Shown: positions 44,401 through 57,524, numbered from the whole stretch's first letter. The stretch is DNA of 63,753 nt, filler included, from Ministeria vibrans ATCC 50519 (GCA_943704425.1; 5 parts of 5 records of this genome joined end to end with filler, not necessarily neighbours in it); one strand, 5' to 3'. The notes: generated by a model from the letters alone, not told the origin. A program made the numbers and translations.

Positions 44401-47400
44401 CAAACCAAGGACGAGGACTCGTCACTCACCTTCACCTACACCATCACCAGTCAGTCGGTGCCTGGTGCCTTTGGCATCGAAGTTAACTCGCTTGTGGTAA
44501 TGGGCGCTCTTGACTTTGAGTCGACGAACGGCAACTACAGCGTGCGCGTGCGCTCCACAGACTCGGCGGGCGCCTTCTTCGAGAAGACTTTCTTCATCGG
44601 GGTGGGTGACAGCAACGACTTGCCCACGGACATCCTCTTTTCGACGACGACCGTGAGCGAGGCTGCCGTAGTCGGTTCGCTTGTGGGTACCCTCTCCACA
44701 GTGGACCCCGATCCTCTGCAGACTGTCTTCACCTACTCGCTTGTGGTGGCGAACGCCTTCCTTGATATCCCCTCGGGCACCAACGAGGTGCGTGTCAAGG
44801 CGGCCATTGACTACGAGTCTCTTTTGGCGCCTCAGCAACTCTCGATGCTTGTGCAGACAACCGACTCGTCAGGCGGTGCCTTCCAAAAAACCATTGTGGT
44901 GTCCGTACTGAATGCCAACGATCCGCCCACGAACATCCTACTGAGCAGCTCGACCGTGGACGAGGGCAAGCCCAGCGGTACTCTGGTAGGCACGCTTTCG
45001 TCAGTGGACCCCGAGCCCACCGACACATTCACCTACAGCATCGTGGCGGGCTCGGCGGCCTTCCAAATTGTCGGTGACCAGTTGTTGACCGCTCAAGTGC
45101 TCAGCTTTGCAGCGATGCCGTCGGCCATGCTGACCATTCAGACGACGGATGCTCAAGGCGGTTCGTTCCAGAAGACCTTCACCATCACGGTGAGCAACAC
45201 TAATGATGCTCCCACGGCCATTGTGCTCAGCGGCAGCCACACGATTGCGGAGAACACTGCAACGGGCACCACGATTGGAATGTTGAGCACCGTGGATCCC
45301 GACACAAGCGATGTTGTCTTCACCTATGCTGTGGTTGCATCCACCATTGCCGTGACTGTTCAAGGCAGTTTGTTGCTTATTGGCGCGCCCCCACCCAACT
45401 ATGAGTTGCTTCCCAACGGTCAGGCTCTGGTGACACTCTCGTCGACGGACGCTCTGGGTGCGTCTGTGACACAGTCGTTCAATATTAGCGTGACCAACGT
45501 GGCCGAGCCGCCCGTGTTTGCGTTCCCCACCTACACCTTTGCTGTTGACGAGAACACGCCTATTGGCAGCGGTGTTGGTGTGGTGCTGGCGATGGACTCG
45601 GATTTGGGCTCGGTTGTGATGGAGTCGATCACAAGCGACACCTCAAACGGCCTCTTTGTCATTGACTCGACTCTTGGACTTATTTCGGTGAATGGCGCGC
45701 TGGACGCCGAGACTGCGCCTAACTTTGGCTACAAGCTGACGGTGACGGCCACGTCGGATGGCATGACAACGACCGCTGCGGTGACGATTACAGTGACGGA
45801 CGTTAACGAGGCACCCATTGTGTACTACCGCGAACTGAGTGTGCGCGAGACGGCCGCTATCGGCACGGTGGTTGGTTCGATTCTTGCGGACGATCCCGAA
45901 AACCAGGCGCTCACCTACTCCATTGACCCGGCCACCAACGGCCCTGGCTACTTCAATTTGGCTTCGTCGTCGTCCAACTCGATTCTTGTGGCGTCGGCAC
46001 TTTCGTTCACGGCGACCCCCGTCATCAACATCACTGTTGTCGTGCGCGACACGGAGGGCTTCTCGACGCGACAGACAATCAAGATTGTGGTCACTGACGT
46101 GAACACATTGCCGATCTTTGTTGGCTCGCTTGTGCGTCGTGCCCCCGAGTCGCTGTTGCCCGGCGAGGCCTTCGACACGCCCGTGATGGTCTCCGACGCA
46201 GACGTGATGGAGACATTCCGCTTCTCGATTTCGGGTGGCGACGGTGCCTCCGTGTTTTCCATCAACGCTACGAGTGGTCAGCTGCATCTCAATGCCGTGT
46301 CGCAGCTTGATTACGAGACCAAGTCGACATACCGAGTGGGCATTGTTGTGATTGACAGTGGTGGTGTGCCCGTCTCCACGACATACACTATTGACGTGGT
46401 CGATCGCAACGACCCGCCCGTGTTCCCCGCCCAGTCGCGCACTATTTCCGAAAACTCTGCGATCGGTGCCGTTGTTGGTGCGCCGTTGACGGCCACGGAT
46501 AGTGATCTGCCACCTAACGCGATTACATTTTCAATTGCAAGTGGCAACGAGCAGGGTTACTTTAGCATCACGTCGGCAGGACAGCTGAAGGTGGCACGTG
46601 CAGGCCTCAACTATGAGTTTGAGGTGACCACGTACTATCTGACTGTGACAGCGACGGACGCGGCCAACCTACCCGGCGAGCGCAGCACCAACGCCACCAT
46701 CACCATTTCGGTGACCAACGTTGCCGAAGCACCCACAAGCATCTCACTGTCGCCCACAACGGTCAACGAGAACGAGCCCATTGGCACCATTGTCGGCGTG
46801 CTGTCTACTGTTGATCCTGACGATGCTCTCAGCAACTCGCCTGGTCTTTTCTCGTACGCCATTGTCGGTGGTACAGGCCAAAACTCCTTCCGTGTGTTCA
46901 TCTCGTCGGGTCTTTGGACTGTGCGTACAACGAAGGTCAGTATTTCAACGAAAACTCGAGTTGTTAAGTGATTTTTTCCCGTTGTTGTGTGTAGGTTCTC
47001 AACTTTGAGTCGGATGAGCCCACAATGACTCTGGACATTCAATCGACGGACACGACGGGTCTGCGCGTGACACAGACTGTCACGGTGACGTTGGTGGACG
47101 TGAACGAGGCGGGAGTGAGTGTGATTCTGAACGTGAATGGTCTTGCAACCTCCAAACCCAATGTGCCTTACCCCAGCAACTTGAATGCGGTCATCGGACA
47201 GGTATGGCCTTTTTTTTTTGTTGTTATTGATGCGTGTGTGTTTTGTCGATGCGTGTGGTGTTGATGCGTCTGTGAGTGTTGATGCGTCTTTTTGTGTTGC
47301 TGCGTCTCTCTGTGTTGGTGCGTCTGTGAGTGTTCATGCGTCTCTGTGTGTTTTGGTGTTTGGTAGGTGACTGCTGTGGGTGATCCGGACACGGGCGACA

Positions 47401-48705
47401 CGCACACGTGCAGTGTGACGAACACTGCTGCGAGCAAAGGAACGGGGGAGGAGGGCACTCTGTTCCGTGTCCTCAATGGCGTCACCAACGATCTTGTGAT
47501 TGCCCAGACACTGAGCAAGTCCAAGATGGCCATATACGATGTGACTGTGACATGTGTGGATGCCGGCTCGCCTGGTCTTACATCGGTGGGACTTCTGAGT
47601 GTATTTGTGCCCACCTCTGGAGCGGCCTTTGAATTCACTGTGGTGCCGTCGGGCTCGTTCAATCTGGGCACCACCATGCGTCAGTTGGCGGCGCTTGCTG
47701 GCGTGCCTGTCGACCAGCTGCAGGCCACTGGTGACGGGCAGACGTACGGCTCGACGCTCAACGGCGTGACTGTGGGTCGCCGGCGTGCAGTGACTGTAAG
47801 CGAGCGAGGCAAATGACGAATATATAATATTCATGTTTATTTTCTCCTTCGTTTTTTTTTTTTCTTCTTTCTCCGCAGGTGACTGGTACGGCTGGCGACT
47901 CGCGCAATGTGAGCGGAGTGGACATTGTGAATGCACTCGAGGATGCGATCCCTACCAACACACTGGGAATCACATCGTTTACCAACCCTGCCAGTGGCGT
48001 GGTGACGCGCCCGGCTGCGCAGAACAACAACGGCGGTGGCGGCACCAATGTCACTGTTGTTGTCATTGTTGTCATTGTGGTTGTGCTTATTGCTGCCATT
48101 ATCGTCTTTGCTGTGTGGCACACGATGAAGAAGAAGACTAGTCTCACGCTTGTGCACAATCAGGGTGCCTCTCAAGAGGAGATATTAGCCGGTATGCGAA
48201 GACAAGTTCGGACATAAAATCACGAGTGAAACTGATTTGTTTTTGTTTTTCTGCCCCCTTGTTGTTGTTGTAGCTGCTGATCTGATGGGATCGATGATGA
48301 TCAATCCACGCAGTAGCTTTACAATGCCCGGTACACTGGGAGAATCGGATACGTCGGGTGTGGAGGTGGATGCGGCCATTGTCACTGATTTTAACGTTGA
48401 CGAGAACATTTACTTTACGTAAGCTCTCGGAAAAAAGGAGGCGGAGGAGAGTGGAGGGAGGGAATAGAGATATGCATTCTTAACATCCTTGTATTTGTAG
48501 ACACGAAGCACCGACATACAAGAACCCATTGTTTGATGATGATGTGGAGGCAATGATGGCGGAAGAGATGGTGCAAAAACAGAGGGAGCGAGAGCAGCAG
48601 CCGCAGCCGCTGACGGTTGTGCAGGTTCGCGGCAAGGCCAGTGTGTACGACGATGTGGAAGGGAAAGCGCCACCTCAGTATGCCAAGCCATCCAGCAAAG
48701 TATAG
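35466..48705 (+). CDS. Giant single-pass cadherin-family receptor (>4,000 aa, 5' partial): Sushi/CCP, LamG-like, lectin-like triplets, Cys-rich segments, about 14 cadherin repeats, TM, Tyr-motif tail
   Basis: Sushi (RTCQATGTWSGSPFSC), LamG-like (SISLEFW...ILFETG...RVFING), cadherin Ca motifs (LDYE, DxNDxP, TVDPD, TDxGG), TM VTVVVIVVIVVVLIAAIIVFAVW-HTMKKK (about 48050-48137). The final spliced exon (48501-48705) ends SSKV*. Confidence 0.88.
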
Positions 48706-48903
48706 AGAGCGAGAGAGGAGAGGAAGGATAAGAGGGGGGCGTTGCGAGAGAAAGGTAGAAAGAGAGAAATACCTTTTTATTATGATTATTTTAGTATATT
48801 TTATTGTGACGTTGAGAGAAATTTGAATGAAAACATCGCACTTTTTTGATTTGATCGAGAAGACAAAAACTGAATTCGAATCTGTATTACGTACACGGGA
48901 ATA

Positions 48904-50486
48904 TCAGCGTGATACAACAACCGCCATGGGCTGACCAACACGTACAGTCTCGCCGGGACGCACCACAAACTCCAACACCTCCTGACACTGACACGCATCA
49001 TCACTATTGCTCTTCACAGGCACCGCTGCACTGACACTCGCACTGTTCTCATCACCATTCGTGCTCAATACAGTGCTTCCATCACCCACAGTGCTCGTAT
49101 CGCTCTCGTCACTCGCCCGTTGACACGCGCTGCAGACTGGTGGCCCTTCAAACACCATGACAATGGTGCTGCCCAAGCGGAAGCCTCCCACTCGGTCGCC
49201 TCGTCCCAGTGCCACCCCACCCTCCGTGTACCGTCGCTCTTCAAACTGTCCTCCAATAAACTTGTCTCGTCGGTTTGTCACAACATCCTAGAGAGCACAG
49301 TTTTTCAATTCGTGGTGTGCTTAGTGGGTGCTTCGTGTGTGCTTAGTGTGTGTATGTATGTGTGCATAGTGGGTTGTTCTTAGAGTTAGGGTTATGCTTA
49401 GTGTGATTAGTGTGATTAGTGTGGCAAGCAACAAGGATACGTACAGGGTCAAAGTCAATGGTCATCGAGCCGACGTTGGTTGCGCCAATGGCAGCGTACG
49501 CCATAAACCCATACTGCCACTGTCCCGTCAGCACCACTCGCTCATTGTACGAAAACAGTCCCTGCGTCAGAACCAAGCAAGTATGACAAAGAAAAAAAAA
49601 AACTCATTGTGTGTGTCGGAAACGCTGGAATGCTTTTCTCTTCTACCTTGAGAATTCTTGCAAGGCCTGGATTAACTGAAAAGAGTTCGCCTGTCGACGA
49701 TTATTTGATTTGTCAGGAAGAATGATTCGAGTTTTCTCCTGTAAAGTATATGACTGACCAGGAAAGTGCCGGCGTTTCTGAACGAACCATTCGGTGGGCG
49801 AGTGATAGTAGTGGTAGTCGCCGGGTGCGAGGTAGATGACAATTTGGTAGAGAGGACGCTGAGTGCGCGTCTCTTCGTCTGCCGCAGCACTCTCCGTGTG
49901 ATCTGCGCCCAGGAACGTTTTCAGGGAATACGTCACATTCTTCACCTACGCGTGATACAGTAGCGGGGCGTGTGAGGACGCTGATCGATTTCGATCGAGT
50001 AGAGCGAGTTGAGGAGGAACTGATTACCTGCGGAACTTGATCACCAACGACCTTCCCGAAATGCAGGACATGGCCATCGGAAGGGCACACGAGAGCGGCC
50101 GAGGCACACACGGGGCGTGCATTGGGCTTGAGTGTGCGCGTGAAGAAGTCCTGCAGGTGCGTGTAGGCGCGCAGGTCGGGCTCGACGCACTCGTCGAGGT
50201 TGCAGCCGAACACACGCGCATACGAGCCCAACAGGGGCTGCCGCATCCAGATGGGCAGCTGCAGCTCGTTGACGGCGCCCCAGGCCCGCGAAATGAGGCG
50301 CAGCGGCAGCGTCTGCAGCGCTTGGACGGTCGTGTCCGACAGCACCGGAATGGCTTCTCCGTTCGATTGCATATTTCGAATTTTCGACTCTTCTCGTCTT
50401 CTCACATACTTGTATTGCTGCGCTGCAATGACCCCCAATACAAGGCCAGCGGGAACAGCAAAGACGCGGTTCACAATAGATGCCAT
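48904..50486 (-). CDS. PISD: Phosphatidylserine decarboxylase, mitochondrial type
   Basis: [59 protein letters not shown], and the self-cleavage motif [10 protein letters not shown]. Confidence 0.95.
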
Positions 50487-50552
50487 GATCGAATAAAATA
50501 TACTTATTTTTCAATGATCAGAAATTCAGATTAATTTTTTTAATTCTTTGTC

Positions 50553-50682
50553 ATGCTTCGCAGTTTCCTGTTTGGGCGCGTGTCACTGGCCGGGCGTCTC
50601 ACGACGACGTGGGCAAGGCTAGCATCGAGTGGGCCTGCCCCCCCGGGAGCAAGTGGACCGGCCGCAGCGGCTGCAAACGGCG

Positions 50683-50714
<32 letters not shown>

Positions 50715-50863
50715 CCCCGTCCGCTGTCTGCCCCATTCCCAGCGCTCCTCTCTGGCTCTCCGCCCGACCTCATGCCCACCCCGAAGCGCAAGCGGCGTCC
50801 GAAGCGTGCCAAGCGCACCAGCAGGAGCATGCCCAGCGCAACGGTGTGTCTTGTGTGTGTGTG

Positions 50864-50894
<31 letters not shown>

Positions 50895-52330
50895 TTGTTG
50901 TGTGTGTTTGTGTGTCTTGTCAAACTCATTTTTTTTGTGTGTGTGTGTGTTTTTTTATGTCTGTCTGCCTGCATGCTGCTTTTACATGGTTGTTTTAGCT
51001 CATGTGCTGCGCGTACAGCACCGCCGAAGCCTACGATTTCAAGAAACTTGCCGTTCATCTCAAGACGTCCTTCCAAATCACCCAGTTCCTCCCTCACGAT
51101 CCCGACTTGCAAGGCGATTGCCTCCGCGTCGTACCCCTCGATGCAGACGGGTACATACGCCCAACAAGCAAAGCAACACCGGAATTCTTCTAATTCCTCC
51201 TAATCCCCCCTGTCCAACCCTTTCCCTCTGCAGGTTTGTCGTTGAGAACCATGGTGACGCACTGCTCTTTCGCGACGGTGCCTTTGTCTCATGGGGTCTT
51301 AGCGAGGATCGCATCCAACAACTCCGCAAACTTCTCTCTCCCGCCGAAATCAGTCCGCATCCCTCTGCCATTGTGTCGCGTCAACGTGAAGCAATTCCCT
51401 TTCACTTTTGCTCTGGGTACGGTTAAAATAATAATAATCATAATAATAATAAAATTAATTAATATAATTAATAGTACTAATAATAATAATAATATTACTA
51501 TTATTATTATTAACATAATTGTATTGTTGCGCAATATAGTCGACCCTCTTGTTACAATAACGACTCAATTGAGCTTCGTGAAGACTCTGGAAAATACTCG
51601 CTTGATCTCGACAAATTCACTCTTTCAGACGGTACAAAGTGCATCAGTGCCAATCAAACTGTGACTAATCTATGTGTGTGTGGGTGTATGTAGGAATCGC
51701 CAATTCAGTCACACTGGGCGTGTATGAAGTCATGTTAGACTCAGTCATTGATCAACTTGAAATGATTCCAAGAGTACAAAACATGCGTAAACAAACACAA
51801 AAAAACCTGACAGTTTTTTTTCGTAGGCTTTTATGGTTGGAAAAGAGCCGGAACTGTCGAAGCGGGAGACAATGCAGCGGATTGGACGACTGTTCCTGCT
51901 GCGTCATCGCATTACTCTTTCGGGTGATTTGAGCTCTCCCTCTGATTTTTACTGGGAGAAGCCCGACTGTGAGCTAATCTATCGCACGGTGGCCGAGTCA
52001 TTGGAAATGCAGTCCAGAGTGGTAAGTGCGGACAGCAACATGTATTTTTGTTGGGATTATTGCACTTTTTAATGTCTAATATCAGTGTTCCGTAACGCAA
52101 TTGTAAGCGTCTGACAATCATTTTTGGGTTGTGTTTAGGACACGTTCAACGACAAATTGAACCACTCACACGAACTATTGGGTCTCTTGCGCGACCACCA
52201 AACGGAAACTCACTCACACCGCCTTGAAAAAGCCATCATTGTGCTTATCATGGTTGAAGTTGTCATTGCTGTCGTCGCTCATTGGAGTGAATACCGCGCA
52301 AAACAGCACGAAAAACATATCAATGATTAG
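50553..52330 (+). CDS. RMND1: RMND1/Rmd1-Sif2 (DUF155) family protein
   Basis: Presequence-like N-terminus, CAYSTAEAYD, LFRDGAFVSWG, IGRLFLLRHRITL...DFYWEKP, HSHRLEKAIIVLIMVEV. Confidence 0.88.
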
Positions 52331-52439
52331 AAAACAAAAAAAAACAATATTAATGACAATGAGCAGTAAAATTTTTTTAGTATTAATGTTGTATACAAAA
52401 AAACACAAAAGCAAAAACAAAAACTTACATAATTACATG

Positions 52440-54941
52440 CTATATGGACTGCATTGCATTGACTGCGGCGGCAAAGGCCCGTTGACGTTCAGCCAATGTG
52501 TTTTCGAGCAAATTGATTCGCGCACGATTTTCTTGGCGCTCTTTCTCACGCTGGCTCATTATGTCGCGGATTCCGCGTTCGTTGTCACGCACCGCACTCA
52601 CAGCCGTGTTGAGTTGCGCTCGAGCGTGTTCCAGTTCGCTTTCCAGCGCCACTCTGAGCTGTTGTTCTTTGTCGCTTGTGCGCTCAGCGACTCTCAAACG
52701 CTTTTCCATCGCGTCCCTCTGCTGTCGCTCAGTTTCTTCACGCTCACCACACTCTCGGCGCAACCGCTCAATTTCCTCCTTGACAAACTCCACTGCCGCC
52801 TCACGTGCGCGCAGCGTCTCTTTCAGCTTCTCCACATCACTTGGCGCTTCGCGCACACCCAACTCTTTCAGTCGCTCCACCTCCGCTCGCACCTCATTCC
52901 GCTCGCGTCTTAGTCGCTCTCCTTCCGCCTCAGCGCGTCGCACTCGCTCGCCAAGCCCCTCCGTCTGCCCTATCCGCTCCCGCATCTCCCCGACTGCCCT
53001 CTGTGCCTCCTCTACCATAACTTCCTTCACCCGCACTGCATCCCGTAGCCCTTTCACCTCCATTTCCAGGGCCCCAATGCGTTCCCTCAGCGCATCTCGC
53101 TCTCGCTCCACCGTCCCATGATCTCGTGCCAGTGTCGCTCCCTGTACGGCTAGCTCACGACTCCACTGCGCTCGTTCCGCACGCAATCCTTCACATACAC
53201 TATCTTGTGCGACTAATCGTCGTTGGAGCTCTTCTTCGCGTCGTCGTGAGCTCGCCAGTTCTTCTTGAACGCTCCGCACTCGCTCACTCTGCTGCTCCGC
53301 TCTTCGCAGTCGTTCCTCCCCGAGCCGAATCTTCTCCGTTTGCGTCCGAATCTGTTCCTTCTGCTCACGCACCAACTCGCCCAGCTCACGCACTAGACCA
53401 GTGGCATGACGTGCACGCGTCAGCCCTTCCTCAAGCTGCACACGACGGTCAGCATCCACGGCCATCAGTCGCTCCGTTTCGGTTCGCAATCGACCAACCT
53501 GCTCGCGTTCCGTCTCAACACTCAGTCGCAGCTGATCACAGTCGCGCGTGCGCTCTCCCACCACCACACGCATAGCCGTCACTTCAGCGACAAGAGCCGC
53601 ACGCTCACTCTCACACACAGTCAACTTCCCTTCTAAGAATGCCTTGAGCTCCGAGTGCGCCCTCCGCTGTGCCTCCGCCTCCACTCCATATCGCTTCTCT
53701 ACCTCCCCTCCCCGCTCCACTGCCTCCCCAATCTCCCGTCGTGCCTCAATCAACTCTCGTCTGAGACGTCGCAGCTCCTCCTCAGTGCCTTCCTGTTGCT
53801 CCAGCATCACACGCGCCCGTTCCTCTGCGTTTTCACGCACTCTCCGCACTGCTCGCACCTGCTCCTCCCGCTCTCCTTGCAGCTCGCGTAGTTGCGCTCG
53901 AAGGCTGTCGCTTACCCGTGTCTCCTCGCGCGCCCTCTCATCTCCCGTCTCGTCTGTTTGCGTCGCTTCAGTCCGTCGAAACACACAGTCCATATCGTCC
54001 GTCTGTGTCGCATTTGCACTCACACGACGTTGCTCGGTTTCCGTTCCTTTCTCCTCCGTCCCCACATTGTTCGCCTCAGTCTGCACACACACACTCACCC
54101 CAACAACAATGGCAGCATCCTCCGGAGCACACTTTCGTTTGCCATCCAACACAGCGTCAATATGGGGCGTGTCAGTGGCCACACTCGGTTCGCGTCGTCG
54201 ACTGCTCCCGGACGCACATCCCTTGCCCTTTTTTCTCTGCGTCACGGCGAACACAACAAACGAAACCGAATTATAGAATTTTAAAAGCGTATTGTGTGCC
54301 ATACCGGTCTCGGCCGTCCATCAAGAACCTCAAGAGTGGACGAAGCATGCTGAAAAATGTCGTCACGATAAAGACGCAATGGTGTGTCGGACGCGAGAGG
54401 ACACCCGGCAAGCTCGAGCTGACGCAGAGTCGACGCCAACGCCAGTGGAGTCAAGTCGCACGATGGCGGCAGGGCGTTGCCGCGCAGACACACACTGACA
54501 AGGCTGTGTTGTGGGGTAACGTCCATGAAGAACGCAAGCGTGTCAAGACGGTTGTAGGACAGGTCCAGACGCTCGAGCAACACGAGAGGGCGCAGTCCGT
54601 CAAATGTGCTCAGGCGGTTGCTCGCCAGGCTGAGCGACACCAGGCCGGCGCACGCGGCAATTCCCAGACTCGACTCAATTCGGTTCGACGACAGATCCAA
54701 GTGCCGCAGTCTGGGCAGACTCGCGAGACACTCAATGCGCTCAATGCGATTGCTGTGCAAACTCAAACCTACAACACAACAACCAACGCCGTCCGCTTGA
54801 GAAGAAGCGCTCGCCCACGCACACCCTCTTACTCTGCAGATTGACAAACAAAGGAAGATCCTCCAGGGCCGCCAGCGAAGCAATGCCGGCGTCTACCAGA
54901 CACACATCGCGCACATCCTTCAAGTTCAAACCAGTTTCCAT
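52440..54941 (-). CDS. LRRCC1: LRRCC1/VFL1 centriolar LRR + coiled-coil protein
   Basis: N-terminal SDS22-like LRRs (LSLHSNRIERIECL, LDLSSNRI) with an LRR cap (YRDDIF...LEVLDG), TPHID, and a long coiled coil containing WSRELAVQGATLARDHG. Confidence 0.8.
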
Positions 54942-55388
54942 TGATTATTTTTGATTTTTGATTTTTGATTTTTTTTTGAAAAAGTTGGAATCGATTGTGG
55001 GCACTACATGACTCCCACAACGAAGCACACACTCCCATCAGATAGTGCACACCCCATGTCAAGTACAGACCAAGGCAACTTCCCTCAAAATTACCTCTGG
55101 GCGCCGTCTGGACGGTCGGTCGATGCGACTTGCCTCGCTGACCATTTCAAAATTTCGAATTAATTTTACGAAATAGACTTAATGGAAAAGCGCTGAAGCA
55201 GTTAATGGGGATAATACACTGTAAGATCACAAAGATGGTAGAATTTAGTGACAATATTGACGTTTTTTGAGGTCTGACGAGACTTTTTTTTACTTGCGAT
55301 TCAGTGATCAATCGAAGTGAACAACAATATCACTCGTTTTTCAAATATTTCTATTTTTTGCTTAATCCGCAGAGTAGCCTGCTGAAGA

Positions 55389-57524
55389 GTGATCAGTGAC
55401 ATGGATACGGCCATGGCATCGATTCTGCTGAGCAACGGCTCGGAACTGAGTGCAGACGAGCCGGTTTGTTTGAATGTGTTTGAATCGTCCGCCAGTCAAA
55501 CATCGCTCGTTGCCCACGCTGCGCTGCAAATGCGCCGTTCGGGGCTCACAGACGCGCGAAGCACCTTTTACGGACCGCAGCAGCAGCAAGCGGCGTTCAA
55601 GGCGGCGTGTTACGACGAGACTGGCGAGCGGGCGTTCTTCCGCGACACTTATGTGATCAAAGTTCAGTGCGCCCTCCAGAGCAACACGGTCGCAAGGCCC
55701 CTGTCGGCCTCGGCAAAGCATTGCGTGTCTCGCTACAACAGCGAGATGACCTCCAGTCGGGCCATTGATCCCGTAGATTTGCTCCTGATGGTGCGCGCAT
55801 GGGCGGCCGAGCCGGCATTTGAACCGCGCGCGCTCCGTCTCCACCTCGACCGGGACGCCATTCAGCACTGCGCCCCCGACTGGCACTGGTATATTGAGAC
55901 GCACTTGAGCGTGGTAGCGGCCATTGCGGATGTGCTCACTGGCCAACAGGGACCCACCGAGACACATCGAAACCTTTGTGCTCTCTCAGGCATCAGCTTT
56001 GCAGCTGCTGCTGCTGCTGCTGATACCGCCGCACCTCCACCTACAACACCACCCCGCACCCCTGTTGCACCCATGCGACATGTACCTGTATCAATAACAT
56101 CTGCGCCGCCCGAGTCACCCTTCTCCATCATGACTGCTGACGGGCTGTTGGTCGAGACCCCCGTGGTGCAGGCGTGGGTCGCGTCCCGTCGTCGCCTCTC
56201 ACCACCGCCTTCGCCTCAAGGCCGCCCACCATCCCCTCCTGTAAAACCTCAAGCAACAGCAATAAAGACAGAACCACTAGCGACAACGGACGTAGCAGCA
56301 CAGCAAGTCGGTGCGGCAGCCAGCAACCGGAGCCAGTCTCAGCTGGGCGACGACACAAGCAGCAATCCATCGGCGAGTCACAGCGTACGCCAGCTTCACT
56401 GGGGTCTCTCCAACGACGACGACTCACAAGGTCTCATGGGACTACTGTCGGGACACAACTTTGACGAGCCAGCTACGCCGGTCGTCGCAGCTGTCACAGT
56501 CGCCGAACCTCCCACAAAAGCCCTACCACGTCCCCTCCTCCCCCCACCTCCTAAACTTCCCTCTACTGTACCCACTGTTTCTTCCCAGACGCACGAAGAA
56601 CGCCTCATCGCCCAAGTGATATGTGTTATTGTGCAATACTTTTGTCTGCTCACCAACCAGGCGGACAATGCAGCACTCGCCGCGGTCCTCGACGCTCCCA
56701 ATCGCAGCCTTGGCGACGCCGCACTGACGGCACTGCGCCACGAACGCGATTCGCAGCTTGCTCAAAACCGCTTTTCTCTCTACCAGGTTGCCGTCACACA
56801 CGCACGACGCAGTGTACTTGCACACCACCAACAGCAACAGCAACAACAGCAACAACTCACGCACACCCATCCAAACAGTCTTCATCGGTTCACTGCCGGA
56901 CTGGTCTCTCTTGTCAACGACATGGACTCGCTTGCCGTTGCCGTCGCCGAACACACCGACCCAGTTAAGGGGCTCTGTGCGGCTGCCTTTCGCGTTGGCA
57001 CCATCCTCCAGCGCAATGTCCGTTTGCGCACGCTTGAGCAGCGCCAAACAGTCTCAGCGGCTGTGCGTCGCGTCCAGACACTCATTCAGTCTGTGCCCTC
57101 TTCTCCAGCAACGACAGACAAGAAATCACCCTTGCGCAAGCGGTCTATGGCACTCCATCCCGTCCTGGACGGCCTCGCCATCGCCCCTCAACTTGTCTTC
57201 TTCACAGCACCAGAACGAGTTCCGCCACCCGCCAAGAGCACAGAGGTCGCCACCACCGCAAAACAACGCAAAACGAAGCAACCAAAGAAGACACAGCCAC
57301 CACGACAACTCCCTCTCAAACGTCACAACGACAACACCATGGCCAGTCGCACCGACGCGGCTCAGCCACCTCCCACGAAACGCCGTCCACCCGCTCAGCC
57401 CATGCGAGCACCACCACAGCCCGCACCACAGCCACAGAGCAAGAGTGCGCGTCCTCCTAAGGCCAAAGCTATCAAAGTCCGTCCGCCTACTCAACCTGCA
57501 ATCACAAACTTCTTCCGAAAATAA
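55389..57524 (+). CDS. PARPBP: PARI/PARPBP-like PCNA-interacting anti-recombinase; start uncertain
   Basis: YFCLLTNQADNAALAAVLDAPNRSLGDAALTALRH...SLYQVA...GLVSLVNDMDSL...AEHTDP parallels the PARI core ([35 protein letters not shown]). C-terminal PIP box QPAITNFF. Confidence 0.75.
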   Translation: MISDMDTAMASILLSNGSELSADEPVCLNVFESSASQTSLVAHAALQMRRSGLTDARSTFYGPQQQQAAFKAACYDETGERAFFRDTYVIKVQCALQSNTVARPLSASAKHCVSRYNSEMTSSRAIDPVDLLLMVRAWAAEPAFEPRALRLHLDRDAIQHCAPDWHWYIETHLSVVAAIADVLTGQQGPTETHRNLCALSGISFAAAAAAADTAAPPPTTPPRTPVAPMRHVPVSITSAPPESPFSIMTADGLLVETPVVQAWVASRRRLSPPPSPQGRPPSPPVKPQATAIKTEPLATTDVAAQQVGAAASNRSQSQLGDDTSSNPSASHSVRQLHWGLSNDDDSQGLMGLLSGHNFDEPATPVVAAVTVAEPPTKALPRPLLPPPPKLPSTVPTVSSQTHEERLIAQVICVIVQYFCLLTNQADNAALAAVLDAPNRSLGDAALTALRHERDSQLAQNRFSLYQVAVTHARRSVLAHHQQQQQQQQQLTHTHPNSLHRFTAGLVSLVNDMDSLAVAVAEHTDPVKGLCAAAFRVGTILQRNVRLRTLEQRQTVSAAVRRVQTLIQSVPSSPATTDKKSPLRKRSMALHPVLDGLAIAPQLVFFTAPERVPPPAKSTEVATTAKQRKTKQPKKTQPPRQLPLKRHNDNTMASRTDAAQPPPTKRRPPAQPMRAPPQPAPQPQSKSARPPKAKAIKVRPPTQPAITNFFRK

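Noticed and set aside
47225-47350. Short spaced repeats (TTGATGCGTCT...) and other repeat-spacer patterns resembling CRISPR
   Set aside because: Degenerate intronic minisatellite in a eukaryotic gene; no unique spacers and no cas genes.
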